Shown: positions 12,043 through 24,157, numbered from the whole stretch's first letter. The stretch is 63,623 bases of DNA, filler included, from Klebsormidium nitens (GCA_000708835.1; 9 parts of 9 records of this genome joined end to end with filler, not necessarily neighbours in it); one strand, 5' to 3'. Numbers and translations: made by a program. The notes: generated by a model not told the origin, from the sequence alone.

Positions 12043-12390
12043 GGGTTTGGAAGACTTCCACCGTTCTACTTCCTTATATATCGTCGTCCGACTCGTCGTC
12101 CAAGACCACCACGGCGCACGCGAGGGCGCCTATCATCGAACTGTAGCAAGCCGTCGCGAAGACGACCAGAGCATCGAACAAGACGGGCATACTCGGTAGT
12201 AGTAGGACTGTGCAATACATAAATATTCTTCTGGCTAGAAGATGCGCTAAGAAGCACGGGGAGCAAATGGCAGGTTCGGTCTGCCTAATGACTCCTCACG
12301 AGAAGCTTGGGGATGCTGACGTGGCAGTTCGGAGGGAATGTGTCTTGGTCGGGCACTAGCGGGATCTGTATCCCTAATGGATTCGTTAAT

Positions 12391-12878
12391 AAGACGCATT
12401 TTAGAATGTGTCTTACTGAGGATCCTGGAGCCTGTATTCTCTAGTGATTGTCTTAGTTAAGACAGTAAGACAGTAAGACGCATTTTTTAGAAAGTTTCTG
12501 AGATCCGGGGACAAGGATATTGGAACTTCGGGATCCTGGAGCCGTCCCCAAAAATGCGTCTTTGTGTCTTGCGTCTTACAGGGTGGTATGGGTGGGTTGG
12601 TACAACGTCAGCAAAATAAAGCATCTTGTGGTGAGTCCGACGGTTTTTTTCTTAATAGATTCCCTAGTGATTACATCACAAGACAGTCAGTCAGACGCAT
12701 TTTTTAGAAAGTTTCTGAGATCCGGGGACAAGGATCTTGGCATTTCGGGATCCTGGAGCCGTCCCCAAAAATGCGTCTTTGTGTCTTGCGTCTTACAGGG
12801 TGGTTGGTGCCACGTCAGCAAAATAAAGCGTCTTGCGGTGGAGTCCGAGGTTCTTTCTCTTGATGAATTCCCTAGTGA
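12391..12878. repeat. Tandem ~217-bp duplication (two near-full copies plus a truncated copy), running into a gap
   Basis: AGACGCATTTTTTAGAAAGTTTCTGAGATCCGGGGACAAGGAT...TTCCCTAGTGA starts at 12476 and 12693; partial copy at 12391-12447. Confidence 0.9.
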
Positions 12879-12978
12879 NNNNNNNNNNNNNNNNNNNNNN
12901 NNNNNNNNNNNNNNNNNNNNNNTTAATTAATTAANNNNNNNNNNNNNNNNNNNNNNNNNNNNNNNNNNNNNNNNNNNN
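12879..12978. other. Assembly gap with six-frame-stop linker TTAATTAATTAA (the same linker is at 21980, 29892, 51518, 54161, 56450, 58235, 61815)
   Basis: Identical 12-mer centred in 100-bp N blocks at eight places. Confidence 0.97.
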
Positions 12979-13905
12979 CGTCACAGTGTGGCATGGCTGT
13001 ATTGGTGAGAGGAATATGGCTGATCAAATTCGCTTCAAGCAGACGAGCACGGGCCTTTATGCCCAAGATAGTAAACTTGAATCAAGGAATGAAGAAGCAC
13101 TGCGGCGCTTAATAGATGCATCATACTAGGCACGTACACGACCTAGAAATCAATCCGCAAAGCCAGTTTTGAGGAGCCGTGTTCCGTGACAAAGCAAACT
13201 TCATGAACTCAACATGACAAAATATGAACATCAGGCCTGGCAACACCTCCCATAATACTACGCATCATAACGCAGCTCTTATGATCCCCATATACAACAA
13301 CAACATCATGAGCCTACATATTTGATTCACTAAAGCATAGGACGCATGGCGTTCCGCGATGCGATTGACTTGCCGAACGATCTGTCGACAAACGCAATGT
13401 TTTCCAGTATCCCGAAGCGAGAGGCTAGCGCCTCGGCTGTCGGACCGATGCTGCTTGTCAACTATTGCGGAGATCATTCAATCGTGCAAAGTGTGAATCC
13501 TCGGGAGTTGTCCACTGTGACTACTTAGGCCCCTTTTGTGCGAGGTGCCGCCCATCTTTGGATGCCACCGCTACCGGTACTAGCAAGGACGTGTGACCGA
13601 CGACGCTTCTTCGACGACTCACGTACCTGGACCCAACCGAAGGATTTTGCATACGCAGTCTAGGTTGCTAGGGTCTGAGCTTGTCAGAAAGTTTGTTCGA
13701 GGAACATGTCCACGCGAACCTGGCTTTCACTGCCATTGTACCTGCACACGCCCCATGCCTTTGATACGCACGGGCTTTAAGAGAAGTATCCATGGAATCT
13801 GTACAGAGCTTCTGCAGCTAGGTGTCTAGGCAGGAAGCCAAATCTTTCGCCTCGGCGGTACTGTTGCCATTGGCATTAGTACTTTTGTTTCTCTCTTGCA
13901 CAAAG

Positions 13906-16900
13906 ATGGCGGCCACTTTGGCGCCAGCAGATTGGCGGAAGCTCAGGGAAGACCAAAAGGTGTACGCAATTCGTGGGGCACCTGGGCTCCGGCTTGAAGG
14001 CAATGATGGCACACAGCATCTTCAGAGGTGTATAAAAACTTTCATTGAGGAAGGCACGCACTTCACTTTAACAACGGAAGATCTTTATAGACCTCGTATC
14101 AAACCTGAGAGGGTGATGCGCAGCATCGTTTTGGATCTGACTTTCCTGGAGAAAAGGCCGGCCCGCCTCCCGATAGAGCCAGACTTTGGCTGGCCCGACA
14201 TGGAGTTTTTCCAGTCTCCCGATCGTACCTTGGTACCCCTTTGCGAGAGGATCGCAGAGGGTGCATACCCCAAGCTATGGGGTATCGACTTTAGCACGCC
14301 TTCCCTGTACCCCATGAGCACTGAATTCTTTCGGCACATTCTGAAAGTCTTGAAGAGCCCCAACGTGCGATTGCAATATATGGGGATCCCAAGTCACTTG
14401 GGAGAGGAGCTGTCTCACGAATTGCTGGATGCATTGGAGGGCAATAGAAAGCTCCTGATCTTATTTTATGAGTGGCCTGAGAAGAGCATGGCGGCGAGGG
14501 CGGAGCTGCTACTTGACCGCAACTGGCAGCTGTTGGGCCTGGCCCGTGAGGCGCTATCTGCTGCTTCTGCTGGAAAGCTCCTTCTTTGCGGTGAGGGCCG
14601 GGTGGGGAAGACAACATTGAGGAAGACACTTTGGCCCCCAGCGGTGAACCAGGGCGAGCAGAAACAGCTTGGGGGCAATGAGAGCGGAGGTGTGAAGGGA
14701 AAGGAGGCAGCAAAGCAGAGAGGCAACCTTCTCGCCGGACTCCGCTCAAAGTTGGTGTTGTGCTTCCGACCAGAGGATAACTCAGTGAGCGATGCGGCTG
14801 GCAAGAAGGCAGGCAGCAAGCAGAGGGGAGAGGCCATGATCGGAAGCGGCAAGTCGGGAGGCTCGTTTGGTGGTGTCATAGAGGAGCAGACGGTGGCTGC
14901 GGGACTGTCAAATTTGAGGCCAGAGGCCTCAACAAGGGGTTGGGAGGTGGAGCGGGTGAAGTGGGAGGATTACACTATGATGCTGGTGGACTGCGCGGGT
15001 CAGGAAGAGTACCAAGTGTTGCATTCTTTCATCATCCCTGAGATAGCCAGCCAGGCCACGGTGTTCGTCCTTGTCTGTGATGGGACGGAAGTGTCGTCGT
15101 TGAAGGCGAGGGCGCAGCTGATTTACTGGCTGCAATACCTGGTGTCCAGCAGCCGCATGGCCAGGGCTGTGAAGGTGATTGTGAACGAGAGAGAAGGGCG
15201 GGCTTGTGAGGGTTGGTGGGGCCAGCTACTGGGCGAGCTGTCTGTCACATTCGGGGAACGAGTGCTCTTTCTCGGGGGAACGGAGCCGTTCTTTCTTGAT
15301 GCAAAGAAGCCGAGCGTTTTTCAAGCGAGCCGCCTCAGAGACGAGCTGCAGGGCCATCTAACGATACTGTTGAAAGACATTCCGGGCGTTCCAGTGCTGG
15401 CAAACACAATGCTTGAGGCGTTGAGGGGAGAGGCCAAACTGAAGGCGAACCTGCGCATTGCAACATGGCCAGAGGTAGAGGCCCTGTTTCCGAACGAGGA
15501 CTAGGGCGCCCTGAAGGCCGGCGTGTTGTACCTGCACCAGGTCGGCGAGATTGTCTACGTTGAGAGGCCGCACCGGCCCAACTCTGACCAGCTGGTCATC
15601 CTCGACTCGGAGTGGTTTGGGCGTAAGGTCGCCGGGGAGCTGCTCTTTCCAGAGAGGCTCTGGTCCGACAAGGACCCCGAAAAGCGCAAGAGGGACGGGT
15701 TCGCGGTCAACGGCCAGCTCAAGCTCAAGGAGATTGCGAAATGCTGGGCGGGCATACTCCAGAGCACGGCGTTTACGGCGGAGACGCTGATGGACGTGCT
15801 GGTGGACCTCGAGCTGTGCTATTGGTTGGATGCTACCAAGAAAACGGTCCTGATCCCGCCGTTCCTCCCGGCGCGGCCCCTTGTGGAAACGGCGTGGGCA
15901 GACCCCTCATCCGGAAGCTCTGGGCGGGGCGACGGTCAAGTCGTGGGGAGGCAGCTGCGGTGCGCAGCGCCCAGCGAGGACGCGGCTAACGCATCCACGT
16001 CGAGCACGACGGCAGCTGCGCATGCAGACGGAGCGGCCCCTTCGCTGACACTGCTCCCAGTCAGCATCCTCTACTTACTGCAGGTAAGCTTTCTGCCATG
16101 GACTTGCGGCTTTTGCCCTGTCGTCAGTCGCTTCCGATTGTTGCGCGACTGTGATATCGTATCAAACTTCTGGATGATTTGATTGTAGGTCTCATGTTTG
16201 TTGACTACAACGTGTTCTTATTAAAAAACTTGAATCCGGGAGTACGTCAAAGACTTTTCAGCCGCTACCAATTCATCCTTGTCTTTTGGTGCATCAGAAA
16301 TTCAGAGAACTTTTGGAATGCATTAAATGAAAATTGGATTTCTCATGGCATCACAACCTGGGCTTAAACTTGGCGACAGAATCCGTTAAGAGCCACAGCC
16401 GTATTCAATGTCCAGATCACTCACTTCGATTGTGTTGCCAAGCCATCTGCGCAAGTAGCAGCGCAATAAATGCAACATCCGAAATGAAGCTGGCTGTTGC
16501 CTTTTAGCAATCCTTTCTCTCTTTTGAGTTGCTTCTTCTTGTGGTTGCGTCAGAGCTTCGGAAAGCTATGAAGCACTTTCTCGAATCCAACAATGCAAAC
16601 TTCTATTAGTGGCACGAGTGAAGCATACACAAATTCAACCAGATTTGCTGTAGCATGCGTTACAAAATAAGAAGCTTCGCTCTTGAATGGTGAGATTTTG
16701 AGCAGATTTTGACATTGTGAATCGTCTCGCTTTGCAATGTTCTTCAGATTTTCAAACACTTTCAACGTCGACTTCTTAGAAGCTGATGTGTTTTGACCGA
16801 GACTGAACGAGCCAAGAGGAGCAGAAGTCCCCCGTTAAGCGCCGTTTTGCTGCACAAATATAGACCCATAAGTTCATGCAGCCAGCCGCAATGGCACCGT

Positions 16901-18478
16901 CAGATATCCAAGTTGTGATCTGAATCTGGAGATACCTCAACCAGAAACAAGTTTCACCATACTCCACAATGTGCAGGCTCCTTGCTGCGACTGAAAATCC
17001 GTCCTTCCGACTTGTTCGAGCGACAGGGACATATTAGTTGAATCAAGAAGACCAGGTGTTTAGGCAGGTGCGCAACAACCTTCGCATACGTGACCCCGAA
17101 GCTAAAGTTGCTTGCGCTCCTGCGCAGGTCCAGTGGCACGCCAAGTATGGCGCGGCCGACACGGCCGACTGCAACGAGTTTCGGGTTGCGCAGTCCGTCG
17201 TGAGCTTTGTCACGGACGGCGTGCACGTCCTGGTCCGCCACCGGGACTTTGGCGGCGACCCGTCCGTCCAGATCCTCGCCCGGCCGGTCGCCGACCACCG
17301 GGCGGAGGAAGACGTGCTGGACGTGGTGGGCGGAGCTGGTGACCAACGTCATCGAGGTCTGCGCGCGCCGCCTGCCGGGGGTGACGTTGCTCGAGGAGGC
17401 TGTTTTTGCCGCCGACGCGTCGGAAGACGTCCTTGCCAGCACGCGCTGCAAGTCGGTGGCCGAGATTGAGCTGGAGGTAGCCCGCAAGCCTGACGTCATC
17501 TTCGGACGGGAGATCCTGGGGGCGAAACTGTTGACGAAGGAGGAGCTGGGCACCATCCTCACCCGGCAGCAAAAGGCGCATCAGAGTGCGCTGGAGCTCT
17601 CCGCCCTCGTGCTGGGCGGAAAACTCGATCCAGATGAAGAGGGGGTGTCAGCCGCCAAAGCGGTCGACCAAACGGGGCCAAACGCGCCGGTGCTGCGCGC
17701 GATCAGGCTGATGTCAATGAGGTTGAACGGGAAGCTGAACGAGCTGACCAGCCTGGTCACGCAGCATCACGTGGAGGTGATGAGGGAGTTCCGCGCACTG
17801 CGGAGCGGTCAGGAGGAGCTGCTTGAGAAGCTCCGCTCCCTGCAGACGTTTCTCGAGACCAAAGACTTCCTGCCCCGCTTCGTGCACCTGGTCCCCGGCC
17901 GCACCGGCTTCCTCCGGCAGACGCTGGCGCTCCATGTGCTGTGCGAAGGCGAGATCGTGCCCCACAGGGTGGCTGGAAAGGAGGCCGGGAAAGAGGTGAA
18001 AGTGACGCAGGAGTGGGTGCGGGAAATGGCACCCTGGCTGAAAACCTCTCTGAAGCTGCTCGTCGTCTTCGCCAAGATCGGCGTCAATATCGCGGCGCCG
18101 GGGGCGGGGACGCTGATCCCGGGGGTGGAGGCGCTACAGGGGATCTTTGGGGGCACGCCGTTGGACGCGGTGGTGCGCGGGTACACCGCGAAGGAGATTG
18201 TCGATCTGGTGGACAAAAAGGTCGACTCGTTGGTGGCGTTTGTAGAGGGGACGGATACCGTGAACGTTGAGACCGATCCGGGCGTCGACACCCAAGCGCG
18301 GGCTCGGAAGCTGCTATCCGCCGTCAGCGTGGGCCGGGACGACTTGCCCGGCCAGTTCGGGTTGAGTGCGGTCAAATTTATTAGGGATTGCAAGCCCAAC
18401 AACAAGGCGGGCCAGCTGGCTTGGGTGTGTGCTAGTTGCAGGGACAGACTGTTAGGGGGATACATCCATCCGTTATAG
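13906..18478 (+). pseudogene. TORNADO1-like Roc-COR (Roco) gene with an in-frame TAG and a +1 frameshift
   Basis: RNI/LRR-like N-terminus, P-loop GEGRVGKTT (~14590), switch I STRG, DCAGQEEY, COR-like LYLHQVGEIVY, and a TRN1-like C-terminal LPRFVHL...LHVLCE...EW...APWLKTSLKLL. TAG at 15502-15504 is followed by in-frame coding. Intron 16084-17127. Extra G near 17330 (GACGTGGTG-G-GCGGAGCTG). Confidence 0.8.
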
Positions 18479-19509
18479 GCTCTACATAGTTGATACGCTT
18501 AGTTGCCACATAAAGCCAGAAAGTCAAATCTGCCCTCTGATTTTGAAGCTCACTCAACAATGTTAGAGTAGCTGCACCTAGGCTGCATGAACCATTTTGC
18601 GGCCGGTGGAAGGTCGAGAGCGCTGCATGTGTTTTAACTTATCCTTGCGGGTCGCTGGCTTTTCCGGATCATTTGGGGATTTTGCTCTTAATTTCTCAAA
18701 GGCAGAACTTTAGAAGCTGGAGGATCGAATTTTCGTAGCTTGACAAGACTAACAACAAGCGCATTTGCGCTCACCTTAAACGTGTTTTGTGGCCAAGATT
18801 TTGACCAGAACGGACCGTACATTGTTTGCAACTCTAGGCAAGATGCCTGAGCAAGCTCAGGCTCAGTTGGTTAGTGGAATTGTGCATCAATCGACAGAAA
18901 CCGAAACATTAGCAAGTCATGCTAGTGTCATGCCAGATTGTGTCGCAAGCGATTCGTATCCGATCTAGTTATTGACCCATGAATTAATTTGGTAGACATA
19001 TGCCAGTAGTGCAGGCAGTGAGCCAGGCCTAGGCTAGGAGTGCAGGCAAGAGTGACATGTGAAAGAATGAAGCTTCATTCTTTCTTCTGTTCAATCCAAG
19101 GCTGTAAGTAAGGGCGATACTGCGGGATGCTCTTGACAGCTCATCGGTGGCCTGAAGGAAAGTTTCATGTAAGCATGGTGTATGCGGAGTGTTATTGTGT
19201 ACCCCAGTCACACCCATGATCCTTCTGTGATGCGTGGAATGCGGCGCAAGTCATTCACAGAAGAAAGAATCAAGGGTTTCGTGGTTGTAGACTGGAGGGG
19301 GTGACTGAGGACGCACAGCGAGGTGCGGGGTTGGTCCGCTGAGAGCGGTGGGGCGGGCAGTCTTGAGGGCAGCCCGGGTTACGGCCTGTGAGGCTGGTGC
19401 GTGGCGCCAGGTTGCGCGGTAGGGAAAAGAACGGTAACGGGTCACTATTGCCAGGTCGGTGCAAGGGCGTCAGGCTCTTGTAGCTGAGGTGCACCTGGGA
19501 GGCAGGGCG

Positions 19510-20000
19510 CTCGGTCCTATCCGGGCTAGGGGCGCTCTCGCTGATAGGTATTAGGGGGGGCTGCGTGCGTGTAAAGGCTCCGGCCTATGTCCTGGCGGCG
19601 GAAGACCGTCCCTGCCGGGGCCCAGCACTGAGCTCGATTATTCGAGAAGTGCTGGTCGCCACGTAAGCCTTGTGGAGTTCCCCCTTTGCTTTGACCTGGT
19701 GGCATAACTGCTGGCAGTGGTGGCGTGCAAAGCAGTGTCTGTTGCCTTTGAGGTGCTCTAGGAAGGCAGGTCACTCGGTCTTATCTAAGGCTAGGGGTGG
19801 TCTCGCTGATGGGTATTAGGGGGGGCTCGTGCGCGTAAAGCTCCGGCTTAGTGCCTGGCGGCGGGTGACCGTGCCTGCCAGGCCTCCTTTACTGAGCTCG
19901 ATTTATTCGAGACAAGTATTGGTTGCGTACGATAGCCTTGTGAAATACCCTCTTTGCCTTGGCCTGGAAGCGCAGCCTCAGGTGACGGCAGCAGTGCATG
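19510..20000. repeat. Imperfect ~265-bp tandem duplication upstream of the retroelement ORFs
   Basis: CTCGGTC..ATC..GGCTAGGGG..CTCGCTGAT.GGTATTAGGGGGGGCT...ACTGAGCTCGATT occurs at ~19510 and ~19774. Confidence 0.8.
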
Positions 20001-20427
20001 GACCGTGACGAAGCTGTGGCTTGGGGAGTGTTCCTGCAGAGGTGGGAAGCCTTCGCAGCTGAGTGGGTTGGGTTGCCTGGGGAGAAGTTGTGGGTAAACT
20101 TTCTGGCAAACAACCAGGAAGCAGCAGAGAGGCTGGGGTTGGAAGTGGATCCTGCCGATCATTGGATCATTGGCCACAGTCTCAGAGCGGGTGCCTGACC
20201 GAGTGTGTCATTTGTGACGCCCCCGAGACCGACGAGGCGTTCACAGGGTTTGAGGTTGCGGACAGGTCGGAGCCAGCGAGGGCGTGGGGAGCGCGGCCGG
20301 CGCGGGAGCAGTCCTGCCATTGGTGCTGGGTTGACGGGGCGCGGGAGCGCTGGGAGAGCGAGCAGGCGGCGGGGACAGGCGCCCAGCTGAGAGAGCTGTT
20401 CAGGGAAGGGGCAATCGCTGAGTTGGA

Positions 20428-20754
20428 TTGAAGCTGGCGGGCGAGGGCGCCGGCACTCAGTTGCTGGATTTGCCAAGGGACTTGCTGGACTTGATTGCGA
20501 GGAAAGCGTCGGTGGGTGCTTGTTACCGCTGGGTGGCGCTGTGGCACGTGTGCAGGCGGCTGAGGTGGCTAGTCCTCTTGGGTGAGGATTCGCTAGAGGA
20601 ACTCGTGAGCGAGGAACGGGCTGACTGGGAGCGGTGGCCGGGAAGTAGAGGAGGCGTGAGAGGGTTCCGGAGGGTGAGCGCGTCCTATGACGGTGGAGAC
20701 CAGGTCTCAGTTGGCTGCGCGTTATCGGGCGGTGGTGGAAGCGGTTCCAGTTAG
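20428..20754 (+). CDS. F-box-like ORF (no ATG; probably part of a decayed ORF upstream of gag)
   Basis: LLDLPRDLLDLIARKASVGACYRWVALWHVCRRLRWL at 20461-20575 fits the F-box consensus L..LP.E.L..I...L......VCRRW..L. Confidence 0.5.
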   Translation: MKLAGEGAGTQLLDLPRDLLDLIARKASVGACYRWVALWHVCRRLRWLVLLGEDSLEELVSEERADWERWPGSRGGVRGFRRVSASYDGGDQVSVGCALSGGGGSGSS

Positions 20755-21712
20755 GGGAGAGGGTGCTGGGTTTGAGGGCGAGGAGTTGGCGGCAGAAGAG
20801 AGGGAAGAAGTAGGGGCGCAAGCTGACCAGGGGGGCTGGTGGGAGGATCTTGAGGCAGTCGAGATGGCGTCTGGTGCAGGTGCGGAGGGGCGCCAGAGGT
20901 TTTCGGGAAAGAAAGGTGATGGGTTGACCATCAAGCAGTTCGAATTGATGGTCAAGGGGAGCCTGGGTGACAAGTTCAAAAAGTTGCAGAAAGACGTGGG
21001 GAATTCGGTGGAGGGGCCGGAGTTTAACGGGAAGTACTGCATCTACCTGGGCGAATTCTTGGACAACCCTGCAAAGCTGGCTCATGAAAGGGAATATGAG
21101 GCGCACTGCAGGGAGTCGGATCCGGTGGCGGCGCTCTTGTCGTCCTTGAAGCGGCACTTCGAGGATCACAAGGAGGGGAGGGCGCAGGAGTGGGTGCAAT
21201 TTAGGCGCGAGCCGGGGGAAGAGCTGCCGTCGCTGCTGTTCAGGCTGCAGGGGCTCGCCCTGGACTTGGAAAAGCCCGAGGGTGACCAAGAGTTGGTGAC
21301 GAAGTTCGTCACGAGCCTTGACAGGCGCCTCGCGGAACAGACTAGCTCACAGGCGCTTGCAGCCACCAAGCAGGCGGGGGGGGCATACACCTTGGAAGAG
21401 GTGTACGAGGCTGCTCTCCGGGTGTCAGCGATCAATGCTCGCTTGAAAATAGCGAGGGAGCTGGCTCCCAAGCCAGCTGACGCAGGCAGGCTGAGGTGGA
21501 GCAGCAAGCCGGCAGGGGCGCACGCGGCCACGGTCCCAGAACCAGTGCACCTGGTGGCAGCGGCCCCCGTGGCTCCCCCGGGCGGCTCCGGGGCATGCCA
21601 CAATTGCGGTGAGCTGGGGCATTACAGGAGCACTTGCCCCCATCAGCGAAGGAACAGCTCGGGAGGCAGGGGACCGGGAGCAGGGAACGGCGGCCGCGGG
21701 GGCGGAATGTAA
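20687..21712 (+). mobile_element. Ty3/gypsy-type gag ORF with CCHC zinc knuckle, truncated by an LTR insertion
   Basis: Retrotrans_gag-like FRREPGEELPSLLFRLQGLA...LVTKFVTSL and CHNCGELGHYRSTC (CX2CX4HX4C). The stop is created by TGTAAC at 21708. Confidence 0.85.
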
Positions 21713-21935
21713 CGGCACGACTGCGCACCGACTCCCGGCTGCGCGCTGAACTCGCGGCCGCGCATCGTCCGTTATTATACGCTATCGACTTATTGAATCA
21801 CCACACGCCACGTGTCCAGGTTACTGCTTCACCGCGTGACCGTCCGATAAGACCCACGTGCACCGCGTACGAGGGAACCGTCCGATAAGCTTTCGAGACT
21901 AAGCTTATGGCCGGCCAAGGCACACAGGGGATAGG
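21708..21935 (+). mobile_element. LTR-like terminus TGTAACGGCACG..., running into a gap
   Basis: Abrupt switch from G-rich gag coding sequence to non-coding sequence starting with canonical TGTAAC. Confidence 0.55.
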
Positions 21936-22035
21936 NNNNNNNNNNNNNNNNNNNNNNNNNNNNNNNNNNNNNNNNNNNNTTAATTAATTAANNNNNNNNN
22001 NNNNNNNNNNNNNNNNNNNNNNNNNNNNNNNNNNN

Positions 22036-22197
22036 CGTGAGTCCTAACTAATCAGTCTTTGGGAAGAAGGCAAGAAGACGCAATTTTTCTGAGAGGCGCT
22101 CTTGCACGAGGTGATCCCAAGGCGTGCTGAGAAGCTTCGCATGGTTTCCGCACATGTGAAGTAGACAGGCAGCGTGTGACCCTGTCCAACCGTCACA
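22036..22197 (-). mobile_element. LTR terminus (TGTGACGGTTGGACAGGG family)
   Basis: 22082-22197 appears identical to 54217-54332. The same terminus is on + at 24097. All copies abut gaps. Confidence 0.75.
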
Positions 22198-24096
22198 CAC
22201 ATCGCGCAGACCGTCTTGTTGCACACGTTCAAACAGCTTGAAACTGCCTCCTGCTTGACGTTTTGACTTGAATTACACACACTAAACCAAAAGTCACGCC
22301 CAGTCGTGCTGGTGAAATTCAAGGGCATCGAGAAGATCTGCCTTTCAAATGGAAGGATCGCCTGGAATGCAGACGGCAAGCGAAGTGCATTCCTTTGTGC
22401 CATCTGGAAGCTGCCTTACGTATCCAGACCCAGGAGCCCAGCGCAAGATAGGATAGATTGTCGAAGCTACTATAGTATTGCTGGCTGCAAGTAGTGGCGG
22501 ACTCGAGGGCAAGTCTTCCTTGAATTTGCTGCACTCATGTTCCCTGCTTCAGAGAAAGATGACACCATGTGATGCCCCCCCCATGATGTTCCTCGGCGAA
22601 CCCACGAACTTGATCCTCCTCTGGCACGAAAGAGGAGCGAGCAAGCCAAGACTCGGTGGCTGCAATCTGGTACGTGCCCCAAGTGTTTTGAGTGAGTGCT
22701 TCCTATCCTTTTTATGACTTAGGTTTTAATAACTATGAGTATCGTGGAGAGGAGAAAAGATTCGGTTTACTATCTGAGACTTTCGAAAGACTCTGTATCC
22801 AGAATCTTAGTTTCTGGCGACAAGCAATGAGAATCAGGAGTCAAGGCCAAACAACTATTAGCACTAAAGAGTGGGAGGTCTCCGGCTTTTGAATTCAAAT
22901 TTGATGGTAAGCGAATTCGAAGATCAGACCTCCATTCTGAGACCTAAAGTGCTCACTTTTGGGGATTGTTGCGGAATCACAACGGTCCCTCCTTGAGCTC
23001 CAGATCTGAAACTTTCGATGTATTTTGTATTGGTCTGAGAAGAGTTTGCTCTAAGTTGCAGGCAGCCCTGTAGGGTTTCTGATTGAAGTCATTTGAGCCT
23101 AGTACAAACACGTTACGTCCAAACGAGCGGCAGTGAGAGGATGCACGGTGATGCGTCAAACCACCCTCAGCTTGTAACCAGGGCCCCACTTGGAACCCCC
23201 CCACATACTGCTGATGGAGATTACTGCATGTAGCTGCCTTCGATACTTGAAACATTGACAATACTTGCGGGGCCATATACTAAGTTGCCCGCCACACTTA
23301 GCCATATTATGAAGGGGAGTAGTTATGCAAGGGGCAGCTGTTATGCACGGTCAAGTGTGGATCACTTTGAAATGACTTCAGGTCAAGCTAATCAATCTTC
23401 CGCTTTTCTCTGTCACCAGTACAGGATAGATCCGCGAAGGTGCGTGACTTCTTCAAGCCGTGTTTAAGTCGGCCAATTGCCTTTCTTAGGCAAGGGGCAG
23501 CCAGCTCGAACCCGAAAGTGGAGATTGACAAGTCAATACCGACACATAATGCTAACGATCGCACAAATCAGGGCCTCCTTTTGGCAGGTGGTGATTGAAT
23601 CAATGGCGGGGCGTTTCTCAGCTGTTATCACCTAGCCATTTTCTCGTGTCGTAAAACTAATCGCTTGAAGGCAACGCAGAATCCTACATCATGCGATATT
23701 TTTTACGAGTCGAGAAAAGGTCCTCAAGTAAAAGACGAACCTCTGACGTGCTCCGCATAAGAGGATAGGCTTTCCCAGCCTAGGTAGTGAGCTTACCTTG
23801 TTGACGTCTTTAATCTTCATTCATTTCTTTATCCAGTTTCGCATGATTCGATTCGACCTAGGTTTCGTGTAGGTGACGGCCGCCGCTTGAATGAGCCGGA
23901 AGCGTTCATGTAGCGACGAAGAGTTGATTGGGACAAACGGTGTGAGTGGCTGCCGTGCTGAACAAAAGCGTCACCATGGCGGCGGTGGTTCTTACGAAGT
24001 GGCGGGCGCGCGTGGTGAGGAGGGAGGAGGCTTTTTCAGATGGGTCTGCTTATGTTTCTGATTATGTAACTGCTTATATGTCTGCTTGTATGTACT

Positions 24097-24157
24097 TGTG
24101 ACGGTTGGACAGGGTTCNNNNNNNNNNNNNNNNNNNNAACCAGTCGTAATCGTTACA
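24097..24157 (+). mobile_element. LTR ends flanking a 20-N gap (TGTGAC...GTTACA)
   Basis: Starts TGTGACGGTTGGACAGGGT like 22197 and 54332; CGTTACA follows the gap; no TSD found. Confidence 0.5.

Noticed and set aside
11724-12300. LTR with CGTAAC...CTCACG ends
   Set aside because: No TSD and non-canonical ends; insufficient support.
12923-12934. TTAATTAATTAA recurring eight times as a biological repeat or recombination site
   Set aside because: Always centred in exactly 100-bp N blocks and encodes stops in all six frames, so it is an assembly linker.
15502-15504. Programmed selenocysteine or pyrrolysine recoding
   Set aside because: The codon is TAG (not Sec TGA), Pyl is not expected in this lineage, and a second lesion exists downstream.
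20159-21289. 376-aa minus-strand ORF (also antisense ORFs over 14085-14879, 16954-18465, 35704-36123)
   Set aside because: Shadow frames of GC-rich or repetitive sense-strand coding sequence; no motifs.
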